Shown one piece after another: positions 44,898 through 57,173 of a DNA stretch of 64,000 bases. Location of the stretch: NCBI GenBank assembly GCA_963813715.1, contig CAWFAK010000007.1:256001-320000 (forward strand), written 5' to 3'. The notes beneath the pieces are model-generated. The model did no database searches. It saw only the letters and a program-made list of their open reading frames with translations, and had not been told where the DNA came from. Position 1 is the stretch's first letter. Each line of letters opens with the position of its first letter. The translations under genes were made by a program, and so were the position numbers. Origin of the DNA: an uncultured Planctomycetaceae bacterium. Its GTDB lineage: Bacteria; Planctomycetota; Planctomycetia; Planctomycetales; Planctomycetaceae.

Positions 44898-45648
44898 ATG
44901 TACTGTTCCGAGTGCGGCAAACCGGCCACGCGGGAAGTTCTGTTCCAATTGCGGCACCCCCCTGATGTCTGCCGCAACGGCGGTTTCTGTGGCGGCGCCC
45001 GTCGCCGCGGCAGCGACGGTGCCTACAGTCCCGCCGGCTCCGCACCTGCCGATCTCGGCAGCGATGGCTGTGACGCCGGTCGTCGACGTCCCAGTCGCCA
45101 GCGCCCCGACGGTCAATCCGCCCGTCGTTAACTGGGACCAGGAGTGGCGCTACGAGGAATTGATGAAGGTGCCCGAGGTGCGGCGGATCATCGAACGGCA
45201 CGCCTCGATGGCCCGCACGGCAATCAGCGCCGAGCAATTCTCCAAGTTCGCCGACAAGGTCCTGCAGAATCCGATCCCCTCGGATAAGTTCGCCGCCTTT
45301 GCCCAGCCAATCTTCGGCAGTTTTGGGATCCGCACGGGGAAGGATCGCACCACCGTCGTCGACGCGCCGATCGGTCGCGTGATGTTGCGCGTGCTCTGCT
45401 CGCTGGCCCGCCACGGCCAGTCGTTACGGGGCGTCCAGCAAGGACCGGACGGCTGCAGCTTTACGGCCGTGCTGCCTTCGGACCCAATGTCCCTCGAGGG
45501 CGAGGTGTCCGTCATCGTTCGTCGCCGCGAAACGCGCTCGAGCAAGCTGACGGCCGCCATGAAGATCACCGGCCAGCTCTACGATTGGGGCAAGTGCCGC
45601 CGGGCCCTCGACGCGTTCTTCGCGGACATGCAAGTCGACCCCGCCTGA
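44898..45648 (+). CDS. Zinc-ribbon-domain hypothetical protein, apparent frameshift near 44930
   Basis: MYCSECG..(shift)..KFCSNCGTPL, Pro/Ala linker, then a globular domain in ORF 44965. Confidence 0.65.
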
Positions 45649-45808
45649 TCAGGGTCAGTCGTCGCTCGTCCGCGCCGTCACCTGTCGACGCCCGCATGTC
45701 GGCCGCCGGAATGGAACGGTCCGCCTCCAAAGCGTAAGCTCGGTGTGCCCGTGCAACGAAGTTGCTCCGTGGCTGCCCCCCGAACGCGCTTCCGAGAGGA
45801 CCACTCCC

Positions 45809-47405
45809 ATGTCGCAACGAATCAATCGCCGGACTGCGCTCGTCCGCTGCGCGCAGCTGGCCTCCGCCGGCGCTGCCGGGAGTTTGCTGCCGCACACAGT
45901 CACCGGCACCCAAACGTCCGCGTCGATGTCCGTGACAGTGTTACTCAACGAGCCGACCGGCTGGATCAAGCCGGCGCTCTACGGCCAGTTCACCGAGCAC
46001 ATCGGCGGCGTGGTTTACGACGGCATCTGGGTCGGGCCGAATTCGAAGGTGCCGAACATCGACGGCATTCGCCGCGCGCTGGTCGAACACGTCCGGCGGT
46101 TGGGGAAAATCGTGATCCGCTGGCCGGGCGGCTGCTTCGCCGACGCCTACGATTGGCGCGACGGCATCGGACCGCGCGAAAAGCGGCCACGCCGTTTCGG
46201 CCGCTGGGAAGAAGTCACCGAGTCGAACCAGTTCGGCACGCACGAGTTCATCAAATTCTGTCGGCTGTGCGGCGCGGAGCCGTATCTGGCCGGCAACGTC
46301 GGCACAGGGACGCCCGAGCAATTTCAGCGGTGGGTTGAATACTGCAATGCTCCGGCGGGCGCAACGTCGCTGGCCGACGAGCGGGTGGCCAACGGCGACC
46401 GCGATCCGTTCCGCGTCCACTATTGGGGTGTCGGCAACGAGAGCTGGGGCTGCGGCGGCAAGTTCACGCCCGAGGATTATTGCACGCAGTACCGCCGTTT
46501 CACGGAGTGGCTGCCCGGCTACGGCGTGCCACTCTACCTCATCGCGTCGGGACCAAACGGCAACGACCTCGACTGGACGCGGCGGTTCTTCAAAAAGTGG
46601 AGCGACTACGCCCGCGCGCCGCTCTCCGGCTGGGCCGCACACTACTACTGCGGCACGACCGGCCACGCGCTCAAGTTCACGCTCGACCAGTGGTACGAAA
46701 TGCTGGAGAAGGCCAACCGCATGGAGCGGCTGATCGTCGATCAGTGGGCCGCCATGGGCGAATTCGATCGGGCCCACAAGGTCAAACTGCTGATCGACGA
46801 ATGGGGCTGCTGGCATCCGAAGGGCACGGAGCTCAACCCGCACCACCTATTCGAACAGAAGTCGTGCCTCCGCGATGCGCTGTGTGCCGCCCTCACGCTC
46901 GACACGTTCAATCGCCATGCCGAGAAGATCGATATGGCGAACGTGGCGCAGCTCGTGAACAACATCCACACGCTATTCCACGCCGACGGCGACAAATTCG
47001 TCGCCACGCCCAACTTTTACGTCTTCGAGATGTACCGCCCGCACCAGGACACGCGCGGCGTGCGGATGGACGTGCAGGCTCCGGCGGTCAAGTTTCACGC
47101 CGGACATGAGCAGCAGATCTTCCGCGTGGCGGGATCGGCGTCGCGGGCGGACCGCAAGTTGACCGTCACGCTCGTCCACACGCACGCGAGCGAACCGGCC
47201 GAGGTTTCGTTCTCAATCCGCGGCGGCTCGGCCGATCACGTCGAACAGACGGTGCTCACACACAGAGACGCTCAGCGCGCACAACACATTCGAGAGTCCG
47301 CACGAAGTGGTGCCGCAAACGTCGAGCACGCCGCACCGCGGGGCGACGTTCACGTGCGTCCTGCCGCCGGCGTCGGTGAATCGATTGGACGTTGCGATTG
47401 CCTGA
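45809..47405 (+). CDS. GH51 alpha-L-arabinofuranosidase with Tat signal, apparent frameshift near 47270
   Basis: RRTAL Tat-like leader; YGQFTEHIG, RWPGGCFAD, FGTHEF, WGVGNESWGCGG, IDEWG, MANVAQLVN; tail AHNTF..LPPASV in shifted frame. Confidence 0.88.
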
Positions 47406-47450
47406 TGACGCCCGAAGAGCGGATCCGCTTCGACCCAGCAGAGACGAGCC

Positions 47451-48122
47451 GTGACCAGCCTGACCGTCGAGAATTACCTCAAGGCGATCCTGCAGATCTC
47501 ACTCGAGAGCGGCAGCACATCGGTCTCGACGGGTGAAGTTGCCGCCGCGCTCGGCGTACTGCCGGGAACTGTCACCAGCATGCTCAAGACGCTGGACGAG
47601 GGGAAGCTCGCCAAGTACACGCCCTACGAGGGGGTCGTTCTCACCGCCGCGGGTCGAAAGGCAGCAATGCGGATTCTGCGCCGGCATCGCCTCATCGAGT
47701 CGTTCCTGGTGAAAACGCTCGATCTCCCGTGGGACGAGGTCCACGGTGAAGCGGAAAATATGGAGCACGCGGTCAGCGACCAGCTCATCGATCGGATTGA
47801 CGAGTTCCTCGGACGCCCACAGTACGATCCGCACGGCGATCCGATTCCGACGGCCGAGTGCAAGCTCCCGGCCCAACGCCAGACGGCCACCCCACTCACC
47901 GAGTGTGCGGCGGCAGCGCGGATCAAGATCGGGCGCGTGATCAACCAGGCACCGGAGTTCCTCCGCTTTCTCTCGGCGTCCGGCATTGCGGTTGGAAGCG
48001 TCGCCACGGTTGTGTCGAACACGCCCGAGGCTGGAATCGTGCGTCTCGATCTCGGGCGACGCACGGTCGACCTCGGTTATTCAGCCGCAGGACAGTTGCT
48101 GGTCGAGCCCATCAAGCGCTGA
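47451..48122 (+). CDS. mntR: DtxR/MntR-family metal-dependent repressor with FeoA-like domain
   Basis: VENYLKAI, TVTSMLK, RRHRLIESFL, VHGEAENMEH, DPHGDPIP. Confidence 0.88.
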   Translation: MTSLTVENYLKAILQISLESGSTSVSTGEVAAALGVLPGTVTSMLKTLDEGKLAKYTPYEGVVLTAAGRKAAMRILRRHRLIESFLVKTLDLPWDEVHGEAENMEHAVSDQLIDRIDEFLGRPQYDPHGDPIPTAECKLPAQRQTATPLTECAAAARIKIGRVINQAPEFLRFLSASGIAVGSVATVVSNTPEAGIVRLDLGRRTVDLGYSAAGQLLVEPIKR

Positions 48123-48176
48123 TCTGCGTCAGGCGGTCAGCTTCCAGCACGCCCGTTCTCCGATTCTCGGTTGGAC

Positions 48177-48214
48177 TTGACAATTCGAGCGCCAGAGATT
48201 TTGATTAGTCAAAA
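48177..48214 (+). promoter_or_regulatory. Promoter with overlapping palindromic operator (putative MntR box)
   Basis: TTGACA 48177-48182, 17 nt, TTTGAT; palindrome TTTTGA-TTAG-TCAAAA at 48199-48214 in a very AT-rich intergenic patch. Confidence 0.6.
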
Positions 48215-48273
48215 ATTGTGATTTGATTAACTGCATTTGTTACATTTGACAATATGAAAAATGAGAGGTGGGC

Positions 48274-49376
48274 ATGGGCAGACTCGGCGTTCGACACAGT
48301 TCGCGCGGCGGTTTTACGCTGATCGAGCTGCTCGTGGTGATCGCGATCGTCGGAATTCTGGCGGGGCTGCTGTTGCCCGCCGTGCAGGCCGCCCGCGAAT
48401 CCGCGCGGCGGATCCAGTGCGTCAACAACCTCAAGCAAATCGGCTTGGCGCTCCATCACTACGCGGACGCCAACCTCTGCTTTCCGCCCTCGTACGTTCA
48501 AGGATCCGCGACTGCGACCGGCGTCTCTTATGGCATCAAGGTCCCCGATTTGGGCTACAACAACGTGAACGGATGGGGGTGGGGCGTCCTGATCCTGCCC
48601 TACCTCGAACAGGGCAACCTCCTTCAGAAGTTCAGAATCAACCTCCCGTGCTGGGCAACGGAAAACGCGACGGCTGTCCAGACCCAAGTCTCGGTGTACC
48701 TCTGCCCTTCGTCGTCAAAGCCCGGCGCCTTCGACCCGTTCGCGCTGCAACAGTACACGGCAGGCACTAACGAAGACCCTCTGAATCCGGCTCCGTACGA
48801 CCCCCCGATCTTATTTTCGCACGGCCACTACGCGCTCAACGCGGGTCAAAACGGGCCTTGGAATCGCACCAGCGCGTATTCCCTCGATTTCACGGTTCCG
48901 GAACCCGTTACAGTTGGCTCCCAAGTCGAATTTGACATTATCAACGGGCCGTTCTACCGGAATTCCCATACGCGCCGCGCGACGTCACCGATGGCTTGTC
49001 GCAGACCGTCTTCGCCGGAGAAGCGGACCCCATCCTGTGCAACAAGACCTGGGTCGGCGTCGTTCCCTGGAGCATTATTCCGCCGCAGGTCCCGCCCATC
49101 GGGATCGGCGACACCAATAGCGGCGGTTGCCTGGTCGGCGTTCACAGCGGCCCCGACGTGCACGACCATCCGAACATCATCATCCACCCGCCCGACGATC
49201 CCTTCGGACATACGGACGAAATGTACTCGGAGCATGCCGGTCAAACCGGCGGCAATGTCCTGTTTGGGGACGGTTCGGTCCGGTTCATCAGTGCGTTCAT
49301 CGACCAGGACACGTGGTGGTTTCTGTCGACGATGAACGGCGGCGACACCCCAGACTTGTCGACCTTGGAGGAGTGA
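48274..49376 (+). CDS. DUF1559 prepilin-type N-terminal protein, apparent frameshift near 48975
   Basis: [73 protein letters not shown]. Confidence 0.92.
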
Positions 49377-49439
49377 CTAGCCCGTGCGAATTCGGGTTCG
49401 CCGCCGAAATCGGCGCGGCCGGCAAGGGAAGTTGAGAAA

Positions 49440-49786
49440 ATGGCCGACGAAAAAAACGTGAGAAGAGCGGCTGTTGCGGCGACTGGCGTTGTGCGCTGCT
49501 GCTGGGGACCTGGTTTGCCTATTGGGACCGGACTCCCCAGGTCGGGGGGGACAAAGAGAGCCTGAAGGCCGTCGAAGCACTTTACACCGCCGTCAGTTCC
49601 CGCGACACGTCGCGACTGACGCATTGCGAAGAGCAACTGCACGCACTGAGGGATCAGGGGAGATTACCACGTGCGGCCGCCGACTATCTCGACGGCCTGA
49701 TTAGCACGGCGCGAGGAGGCAATTGGAAGGGAGCGACGCACAAGATTTTCGACTTCATGAGAGCGCAGCGCCCTCCCGAAGCATGA
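49440..49786 (+). CDS. Small membrane-anchored helical protein missed by the ORF track (frameshift near 49490)
   Basis: ATG 49440; the shifted frame reads ALLLGTWFAYWDRTPQVGGDKESLKAVEALYTAVSSRD...IFDFMRAQRPPEA stop. Confidence 0.6.
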
Positions 49787-49886
49787 AGCCCCTTCACGGA
49801 TCGCCGAGTGACGATGGCCCACATCGCGGCCGCGGAAGCGCTTGTGCGCCGCCGTGAGCGATCCGAGTCGCGGACGCGCCTGGAAA

Positions 49887-50855
49887 TCACCCTCGCGTAG
49901 CCACCCCCAGCTTGAACAGCCTCTCTGCATTGATGTGCCCGATCTTTTCGCGGTCGGCCGGGCTGATCGGCGCGTCGTTCAGGAACGCGACGGCCTCCTT
50001 GGAGTCGGCGAACGGATAGTCGACTGAAAAGAGGATGTGGTCGACGCCGAATACCGACAGCGCGCATTGCAGCGGCGGGACGGTCGTGTAGCCGCAGGTG
50101 GTCAGGTGCACGTGCTCGCGGACCGTATCGGCGATCGACGGGCGACCGACGCGCAGGCGGCTCATGGCGAAGTCGGCTCACATCAGCGAGAACGGCAGGT
50201 TCTCGCCCATGTGGCCGACGACGACTTGCAGCCGCGGGTGACGGTCGAACACTCCTCCCAAAACCATCCGCAGCACGTGCAGGCCGGTTTCGGCATGCCA
50301 GCCCCAGCCGGCCGACCCAAGTGCCACGGCCGTCATCGGCTCCAAGCCGCTGAAATAGATGTCGGCAACGCCTTTCGGCGGGTAGGTCGGGTGCAGGTAC
50401 ATTGGCACGCCGAGCCGCTCGATCGCCGCCAGCATCGGCTCGAACTCGGGCGCGTCGAGAAAGCGCCCCTGCGTGTGCCCATTAATGATGATGCCACAGA
50501 AGCCAAGTTCCTCGACGGCTCGGCACGCCTCCGCGGCGGCCGCTGCCGGATCCGGCGTCGGCAGGCTTGCCAGCGCGTTGAACCGCGTCGGATGCGATTT
50601 CATGGCCGCGGCGGCGTAGTCGTTGAACTTGCGGGCGAGCGAAACAGCTTCGGCCGTGCCGACCTGCTGCGAACCGGGCGCAACCGCGGAGAGGACCTGG
50701 ACTTCGATCCCCGCGGCGTCCATCGCCTTGAGCCGTCCGTCGCCGACGTCGGCGAGCGCGTCGACGATAAACGGTGGCGGCTTCACGACGTTGCCAAAAG
50801 CGGCGCCGACGTCCTCGGCCGGCAGCATGTGCTCCTCGAGCGTGATCAGCCTCAT
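49887..50855 (-). CDS. Amidohydrolase_2 family protein (ACMSD/aromatic decarboxylase-like), apparent frameshift near 50175
   Basis: MRLITLEEH, YLHP, GHMGENLPF, ILFSVDYPF, NAERLF. Confidence 0.85.
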
Positions 50856-50880
50856 GGTCGACTCCCTTTGTAGAGAGGGT

Positions 50881-52448
50881 TCACGGCTTGGATGACGGTG
50901 GCAAAACGCGTTCCTCGATCCAGCCCCGGACGACTTCCATTCCAAACCGCTGGAGCTGTTTCAGCAGCGTTTTGATCCGGTCGCGGTCGAGATCCTGCTC
51001 GTAGGCCCGCAACAGCGCGCCCGACTGGGCCTCGCCCAGGATCGAAATCAGCGCCGGCATCAGTTCTTCAAGAATGCCCCACGCGCGGTCCTTCGCCACG
51101 TCGGAGCAGACGGGGACTACCGTCGCAAGCGAGCTGCCGAACAGCTCGCGGACGTACGCGACGGCGTCGTGCATCGCCTGCTCTTTGGGCCGCGTCGGCT
51201 CTCGCCATTCGTAGGGGGGTGTCCACTCCAGCACGGGACGCAGCAAGTCGACGTGCGTGACGATGCCCAGCATGGGCGGCCGCTTGAGCTGCGGCTGCGA
51301 CTGGTACCACGCGGCCACGTCGCCGAGCGTGCGGCGGTCGGCTTCGCGGGCCGGCGAGTGTCCGTCCATCACCACGAGCACGGCGTGCGATTCGCGCAAG
51401 GCCTCGCGGATCTCCTCCAACTGCTCAGCCGAGGCCCCGGCTTCGCCGTATCCGGGCGTGTCCAACAAGCGTGACGCGGACCGGCGGAGTGCCGAAGCTC
51501 GCCTGGTAGCGGTGGACCTCGCGCGTTTTCGGCAGCAGGTCGACGGCCGCCTGATGCACGCCGGTGAGCGCGTTGATCAGGCTCGACTTGCCCGAGCTGA
51601 CTTGTCCGACGAGGGCCACGTTCACCGTCTGGGCGCCGGACGGAGCGAACGACTCTTGCTCGCCCTCCTCCGCGGTATGCCCTCCACCGGACTGAAAATG
51701 TCGGCGGTACGCATCGGCCCCGCCGCGGAGCCGGCCGCTGTTCATCTCGATCAGGTAAAAGCCCATCTCGCGGATGAAGCGCAAATAGATCACCGCCAGC
51801 ACTTCGGTTTGCAGCTCGGTCGTGATCGGGTCGGCCGTCATCCGCGAGGTCCACAGCCGGGCGATGTTGGCCGGATTCATCAGGATCGAGGCGGCCCAGG
51901 TCGTGTTCTGGATGCGGCGAATCCACTTGGGAGCATGCTGCAACGACTGCCACTGCTTGATCGACAAGAGGCGGCTGCCGGGCAGCGAAGTCAGCAGCCA
52001 CTGCTCCATGTCGTCGAGGGCCAACCGCACGGCGGCCAGCACTTCGGGCACGGTCAGCGACGAAAACGGGTCGGCGGCGTCGGGAAAATAATTTCGCGCA
52101 AGGGCCGTCGCCAGCTTTTGGGCCTGCTGGCGATAAAAGTCGGGATCGGTGAGCTCCGCGGGCGTGAGTTGATCGACTTGTTGTTGAAACTCCCGGACGA
52201 TCAGCGCCGCCCTGCTCGTCCCGCGGAGTCCAATGCGGCGCGATCGGAACGGCGTGCCCCAGCCGCAGCGGGTGTCCCGCCCGCCAGAATTGCCCGAGCA
52301 GCCAGGCCGCGAGCCAAAAGAGGGGCGCGACCCACCACGCCCTGCGCAACAGGCCCGTCTCCCACAGGGCAAACCCGCCGAGCACGCCGTAAATCACCAC
52401 CGGCAGGAAGACGAGGAGGCCGATGACCGCCGAGCGCCGTGAAATCAC
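50881..52448 (-). CDS. Membrane-anchored Era/MMR_HSR1-like GTPase, several apparent frameshifts
   Basis: N-terminal TMs; G1 GQVSSGKSS, G3 DTPG, G4 THVD; GTG overlaps the upstream TGA. Confidence 0.72.
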
Positions 52449-53621
52449 GCGTGGGTCTCCGACATCGTGGTCTTCCAGAGGGCGACGCCTTTGCGCAATT
52501 GTTCCTGATACATTTCACGCAGCTCGCTGGCGTCAGGCACGTGACCTTTGCGGACCTCCAAAAAGTACCAGTTCCAGACCCAGCCCGAGGCATACATGAA
52601 GGCAAACGCCGCCGCCGCGTTGGCGGCCATTCCCACCCAGGGAATGAATTTCAACAACTCGCGCAGGCCCATCGCAGCGCCACGCGTCCGCCCATCGCCA
52701 CCGTGACGTGCGCGAGCGCGGCCGCGTCGAGGTGCTGCTGGTTGACGCGGGCCAACCGATGGGCGAGGTGCGACTGAATCGCCATCACCACGGGCAAATC
52801 GATCCACGGAACGGGGACCGCCGCAGCCGACGCTGCCAGCACGCTGTGCGCCAGGATGATCGGCAGCGAGCGCTCCTGTTGAATCTCGAGCAGGGCCTCG
52901 CGCAGGTGATCCATCTGCAGCAGCGTTTGGCGATAGGCGCTCGGCAACAGATCGAGGATCGGCCGTCTTCAGCCGCGGCCCGCCGAACTCCGGCGTGGCG
53001 AAGCCTTCGTCGGCCGGCGTCAGATCGACCGGGACGGCCCGATCGAACAGCCCGTCGAAGCGATCGTACTGCGCCTGCAGACAGCGGCGGAGATCCTCAC
53101 CGACCGAGGCGGGCAGCGGCCGGGGCGACGAGTCGAACGGATCCGGGTCGGGATGTTGTTGTCCCACGTAAGCGTCGTGCAGGCAGGTGACGGCCAACAG
53201 CACGGGCCGCTCGGCGTTGGCTTTGCGGATCTGCTTGAGTGGTTGCACGACCTCCTCGGTGGCCTGGTCGGTGGCGCGAACGGTGACGATCAAGAGGTGC
53301 GTCTTCGCGTCGAATTGGGCCGAGATCCTCGCTCGCGTCGTAGCCGGCCTCGCCCAGACCCCGCGTGTCGAGAAACTGGACGACGGGGACGTCAGCGTCG
53401 GGGAAGCTGAAGAGCCGCGAGTGTCGCGTTTGCGGACGAAATCCCCGGCCGATTTCGGCGTCGGCCGCCCCGGTGAGGTAGCGGACGATCGAAGTCTTTC
53501 CACTCCCCGTCTTGCCCAGCAGCCACAGGCAGGGAATGGGGGCGTTGGCCAGCAGCGCGGAACGGCGGCGGAGGAACTCGTCCTTACGCTCGGGTCCGAA
53601 GAACTTCCAGGGATTCCACAT
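52445..53621 (-). CDS. Era-like GTPase with C-terminal YcjF/DUF697-like hydrophobic domain, several apparent frameshifts
   Basis: G1 GKTGSGKTS, G3 DTRG; AAAVPVPWID and LLKFIPWVG. Confidence 0.72.
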
Positions 53622-53890
53622 GCCGTTCGTGGGTCGCGAGATAGGGAGAGTTTGAACGTCGCGGCCGGCCGCGGGTTCACGGAATTCTCAGTTCCGGGGG
53701 TGCCGAGAACAAGCCTGCGTTTGCCAGCGGGTGGGGTGATCGCGAATAATCGGGGATGATCGTCAATAATCGAGGCTGTGCGGCGCCGCCGTAAGGGCAG
53801 CGCCCGGCCCGCGTGCGGAGCTTGTCTCCGGAACCGTTGGGCTTGTCGCATCATTCCGGGTCGCATAAAAGACCCAGACTGCGCAGTCCC

Positions 53891-53935
53891 CTGAACTCCA
53901 GGGCGCTGCACTCGAAGGCGCTGAACTCAAGGGCG
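53891..53935. repeat. Three tandem 15-bp imperfect direct repeats
   Basis: CTGAACTCCAGGGCG / CTGCACTCGAAGGCG / CTGAACTCAAGGGCG. Confidence 0.7.
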
Positions 53936-53974
53936 TGCAGGCACGACCTTTATAACGAGAGGATTTGTCGGGAA

Positions 53975-55769
53975 ATGGCGGTGTTGTTACAGCTCAAAAA
54001 CGCGACCAAAAGTTACGGGAACCAGGTGCTCCTCGACGACGCAGAGTTTACGCTGGTCGACGACGTGAAAGTCGGTTTTGTCGGCCGCAACGGCGCGGGC
54101 AAGAGCACCCTCTTGCGCGTCCTCCTGGGCGAGGAAGAACTCGAGCGAGGCGAGGTCATCTGCCATCCCAAGCTGCGCTTGGGCTATCTGCGCGCAGCAC
54201 GACCCGTTCCATCCCGGCGAAACGGTGCTCGACTTCTTGATGCGCGACAGCGAGCAGCCCGACTGGAAGTGCGGCGAAGTGGCCGGCCAGTTCGAGCTCA
54301 AGAGCGAGCTCCTCGAAGGCCCCGTCGCCAAGCTCTCCGGCGGATGGCAGACGCGCGTGAAGCTCGCCGCCCTCTTGCTGCACGAGCCCAACCTGCTGCT
54401 CCTGGACGAACCGACGAACTTCCTCGACTTGCGCACGCAGATTTTGCTCGAACACTTTTTGCGCAACTACCAGGAAGCCTGTTTGATCGTGTCGCACGAC
54501 CGGGCCTTTCTCCGCGCCACCTGCACGCAGACGCTGGAGCTGGCCCGCGGCAAGCTCACGATGTTTTCCGGCAAGATCGACGCCTTCCTCGAAAACCAGA
54601 CGGAGCGGCGCGAACGCGACGAGCGGACCAACGCCACTGTGCTGGCCAAGCGTCGCCACCTGGAAGAATTCATCGCCAAGAACAAGGCCCGCGCCAGCAC
54701 GGCCACCCGCGCCCGCTCCAAAAGCCGGCAACTGGAAAAACTCGACCTGATCCAGATCGATAACGACGAACCGACGGCGAAAATTCGCGCGCCGGAGGTC
54801 GAGCCGCGCAAGGGCCCGGCCGTCCGCTGCCGCGAAGTTTCCATCGGCTATCCGAATCGCGAAGTCGCCAGCCACATCGATCTGGAAATCGATCACGGCT
54901 GGCGGGCGGCGGTCGTGGGAGACAACGGCCAGGGGAAAACGACGCTGCTCCGCACGCTCGTCGACTCACTCAAACCGCTCGCCGGCGAAGTTCGCTGGGG
55001 TTACGGCTGCAACGTGGGCGTCTACGCGCAGCACGTTTATACCAGCCTGCCGGACAAAGAAACCGTGATGAGCTACCTGGAACAAAAGGCGGCCATCGGC
55101 ACCAAGACACAAGCCATTCTCGACCAGGCGGCCTCCCTGCTCTTCCGCGGCGACCATGTGGAAAAACCCGTGTCGGTCCTCTCCGGTGGCGAGCGCGCCC
55201 GGCTCTGCCTCGCCGGCCTGCTGCTGGCTCAACACAACGTGCTGGTGCTCGACGAACCGGGCAACCACCTCGACGTCGACACCGTCGAGGCCCTGGCGGA
55301 GGCGTTGCTCGGCTATCAGGGGACGGTGATCTTCACGAGCCACGACCGGTACTTCATGAAGCGCGTGGCGACCTGCATCATCGAGGTTCGCGATAGTCGC
55401 GTCGTCAACTATCGCGGCGACTACGAGGCCTATCTCTACGCCGTCAACAAAGAGATTGATCAGGGCGAGCGGGAGCGGGAAAGTCGCGCACGCCCGGCGG
55501 CCGCCCGGCCCGCGGCAGCGACGGCGGAGAAGAAGCCGTCCCGCCCCGCCCCCAAGAACGAGCGGGCCGCCCGCAAGGAGATCATCAATCTCGAACGGAC
55601 CATCGCCCAGCTCGACACCCAAAAACGGGCGACCAACGACCAGCTGCTGAAAACCACCGATGCGGCCGAAGCCCTGCGTCTGCACAACGAAGTGACGGCG
55701 CTCGCGGCGCAAATCGCCGAAGCCGAAGACCGCTGGTGCCAACTGCAAGAAGAAGTGGCCGCGGAGTGA
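53975..55769 (+). CDS. ABC-F family ATPase, apparent frameshift near 54195
   Basis: GRNGAGKST, LSGGWQTR, LLDEPTN, VSHDR; GDNGQGKTT, LSGGERAR, LDEPGNHLD, TSHDR; no TM; coiled-coil tail. Confidence 0.92.
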
Positions 55770-55809
55770 GGACTGTTTTCTCAGAGGGCCACTGAGCGAA
55801 ACCTGCGTT

Positions 55810-57081
55810 ATGACCGTCCCTGCCGCACGCGAATCCAGCAACGACCCGAGCAAACCGCTGGCCGGATTGCGGGTGCTCGACTTTTCGCATGCGCTCGCGG
55901 GGCCTTACTGCACGCTCATTCTCGCGGAGTACGGGGCGGACATCTATAAGCTCGAATCGCGCGACGGCGGCGACATCGGCCGCGGCTGGGGACCGCCCAA
56001 CTACGGCGACCAGTCGAGCTTCTTCATGGGGCTCAACCGCGGCAAGTTCGGCATCTCGATCGACCTCAAAAAGGCCGAGGGGATCGAGCTGTGCCTGCGG
56101 CTCGTCGAGACGATGGACGTCTTCCTCGAGAACTTTCGCCCCGGCACGATGGAACGGCTGGGCCTCGGTTACGAAGCGGTCGCGGCCCGCAATCCGCGGA
56201 TCATCTATTGCTCGATCTCCGGCTACGGACAGGACGGCCCCTCGCGCAATGAGCCGGCCATGGACCTCATCGTCCAAAGCTCGAGCGGCCTGATGAGTAT
56301 CACCGGGACCGAAGACGGCGGGCCGGTCCGCTGCGGCTACTCCGTCGCCGACGTGAGCGCGGGCATGTTCGCCATCATGGGGATTTTGATGGCCCTGCGG
56401 TCGCGGGACAAAACGGGCCGCGGCCAATACATCGACGTCTCCATGTTCGACAGCATGATCTCGGGCATGACCAGCTGCTTCATGATCTACCTGGGATCGA
56501 ACACGCTGCCGAAGCCGATGGGGTCGGCCTATCCCACGATCGTTCCCTACCGCGTCTTTTCCGGAAAAGATCGCGACTTCTCCATCGCGATCGGCAGCGA
56601 AAAACTGTGGACGGCGTTTTGCGCCGCCCTCCAGCGTCCCGATCTCGAGCACCATCCCGATTACGCCACGAACCGCCTGCGGGTGAAGAACCGCGCCGCG
56701 ATCGAAGGCCTGCTCTCCGACTTGTTTCGCACGCGTCTGGCGGCCGAATGGCTGAAGATCCTCGGCGCCCAGGGCATCCCCTGCTCGCTCGTCCGTAACC
56801 TTCGCGAAGTAGTCGAGGATCCCCAGAGCGACTTCCGCGGCCTGTTCCCGACGGTGCAGAATTCGCCCGTCGGCCCGCATCGCGTCACGGGAGCGCCGAT
56901 CAAATTCTCCCGCAGTAAGAAAGCCGCCAGCGCCGCCCAGTCACCGCGGACGGCCCCGATGCTCGGCGAGCACACCCGCGAGACTCTCGCGGATCTCTTG
57001 GGCCTCGACACCGCGTCGATCGGCAAACTGGTGGAGAGCGGCGTCGTGTTTCAATCCAAAGAATCGCGCGGCTCGACCTAG
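55810..57081 (+). CDS. Class III CoA-transferase (CaiB/BaiF)
   Basis: PLAGLRVLDFSHALAGPYC, LNRGK, ENFRPG, SISGYGQDGP, GRGQYIDVSM, APMLGEHT. Confidence 0.92.
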   Translation: MTVPAARESSNDPSKPLAGLRVLDFSHALAGPYCTLILAEYGADIYKLESRDGGDIGRGWGPPNYGDQSSFFMGLNRGKFGISIDLKKAEGIELCLRLVETMDVFLENFRPGTMERLGLGYEAVAARNPRIIYCSISGYGQDGPSRNEPAMDLIVQSSSGLMSITGTEDGGPVRCGYSVADVSAGMFAIMGILMALRSRDKTGRGQYIDVSMFDSMISGMTSCFMIYLGSNTLPKPMGSAYPTIVPYRVFSGKDRDFSIAIGSEKLWTAFCAALQRPDLEHHPDYATNRLRVKNRAAIEGLLSDLFRTRLAAEWLKILGAQGIPCSLVRNLREVVEDPQSDFRGLFPTVQNSPVGPHRVTGAPIKFSRSKKAASAAQSPRTAPMLGEHTRETLADLLGLDTASIGKLVESGVVFQSKESRGST

Positions 57082-57106
57082 CGGCCTTGCCACCCTCTCC
57101 GAGTCA

Positions 57107-57164
57107 GGGTGGCTGGGGCCGGCGTCCTCGCCGCCCCCAGTCTCGCGACGCATTCCCAGCCACC
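57107..57164. repeat. REP-like element
   Basis: GGGTGGCTGGGGCC...CCCCCAG followed by inverted CCCAGCCACC. Confidence 0.5.
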
Positions 57165-57173
57165 ACGCAGCGC

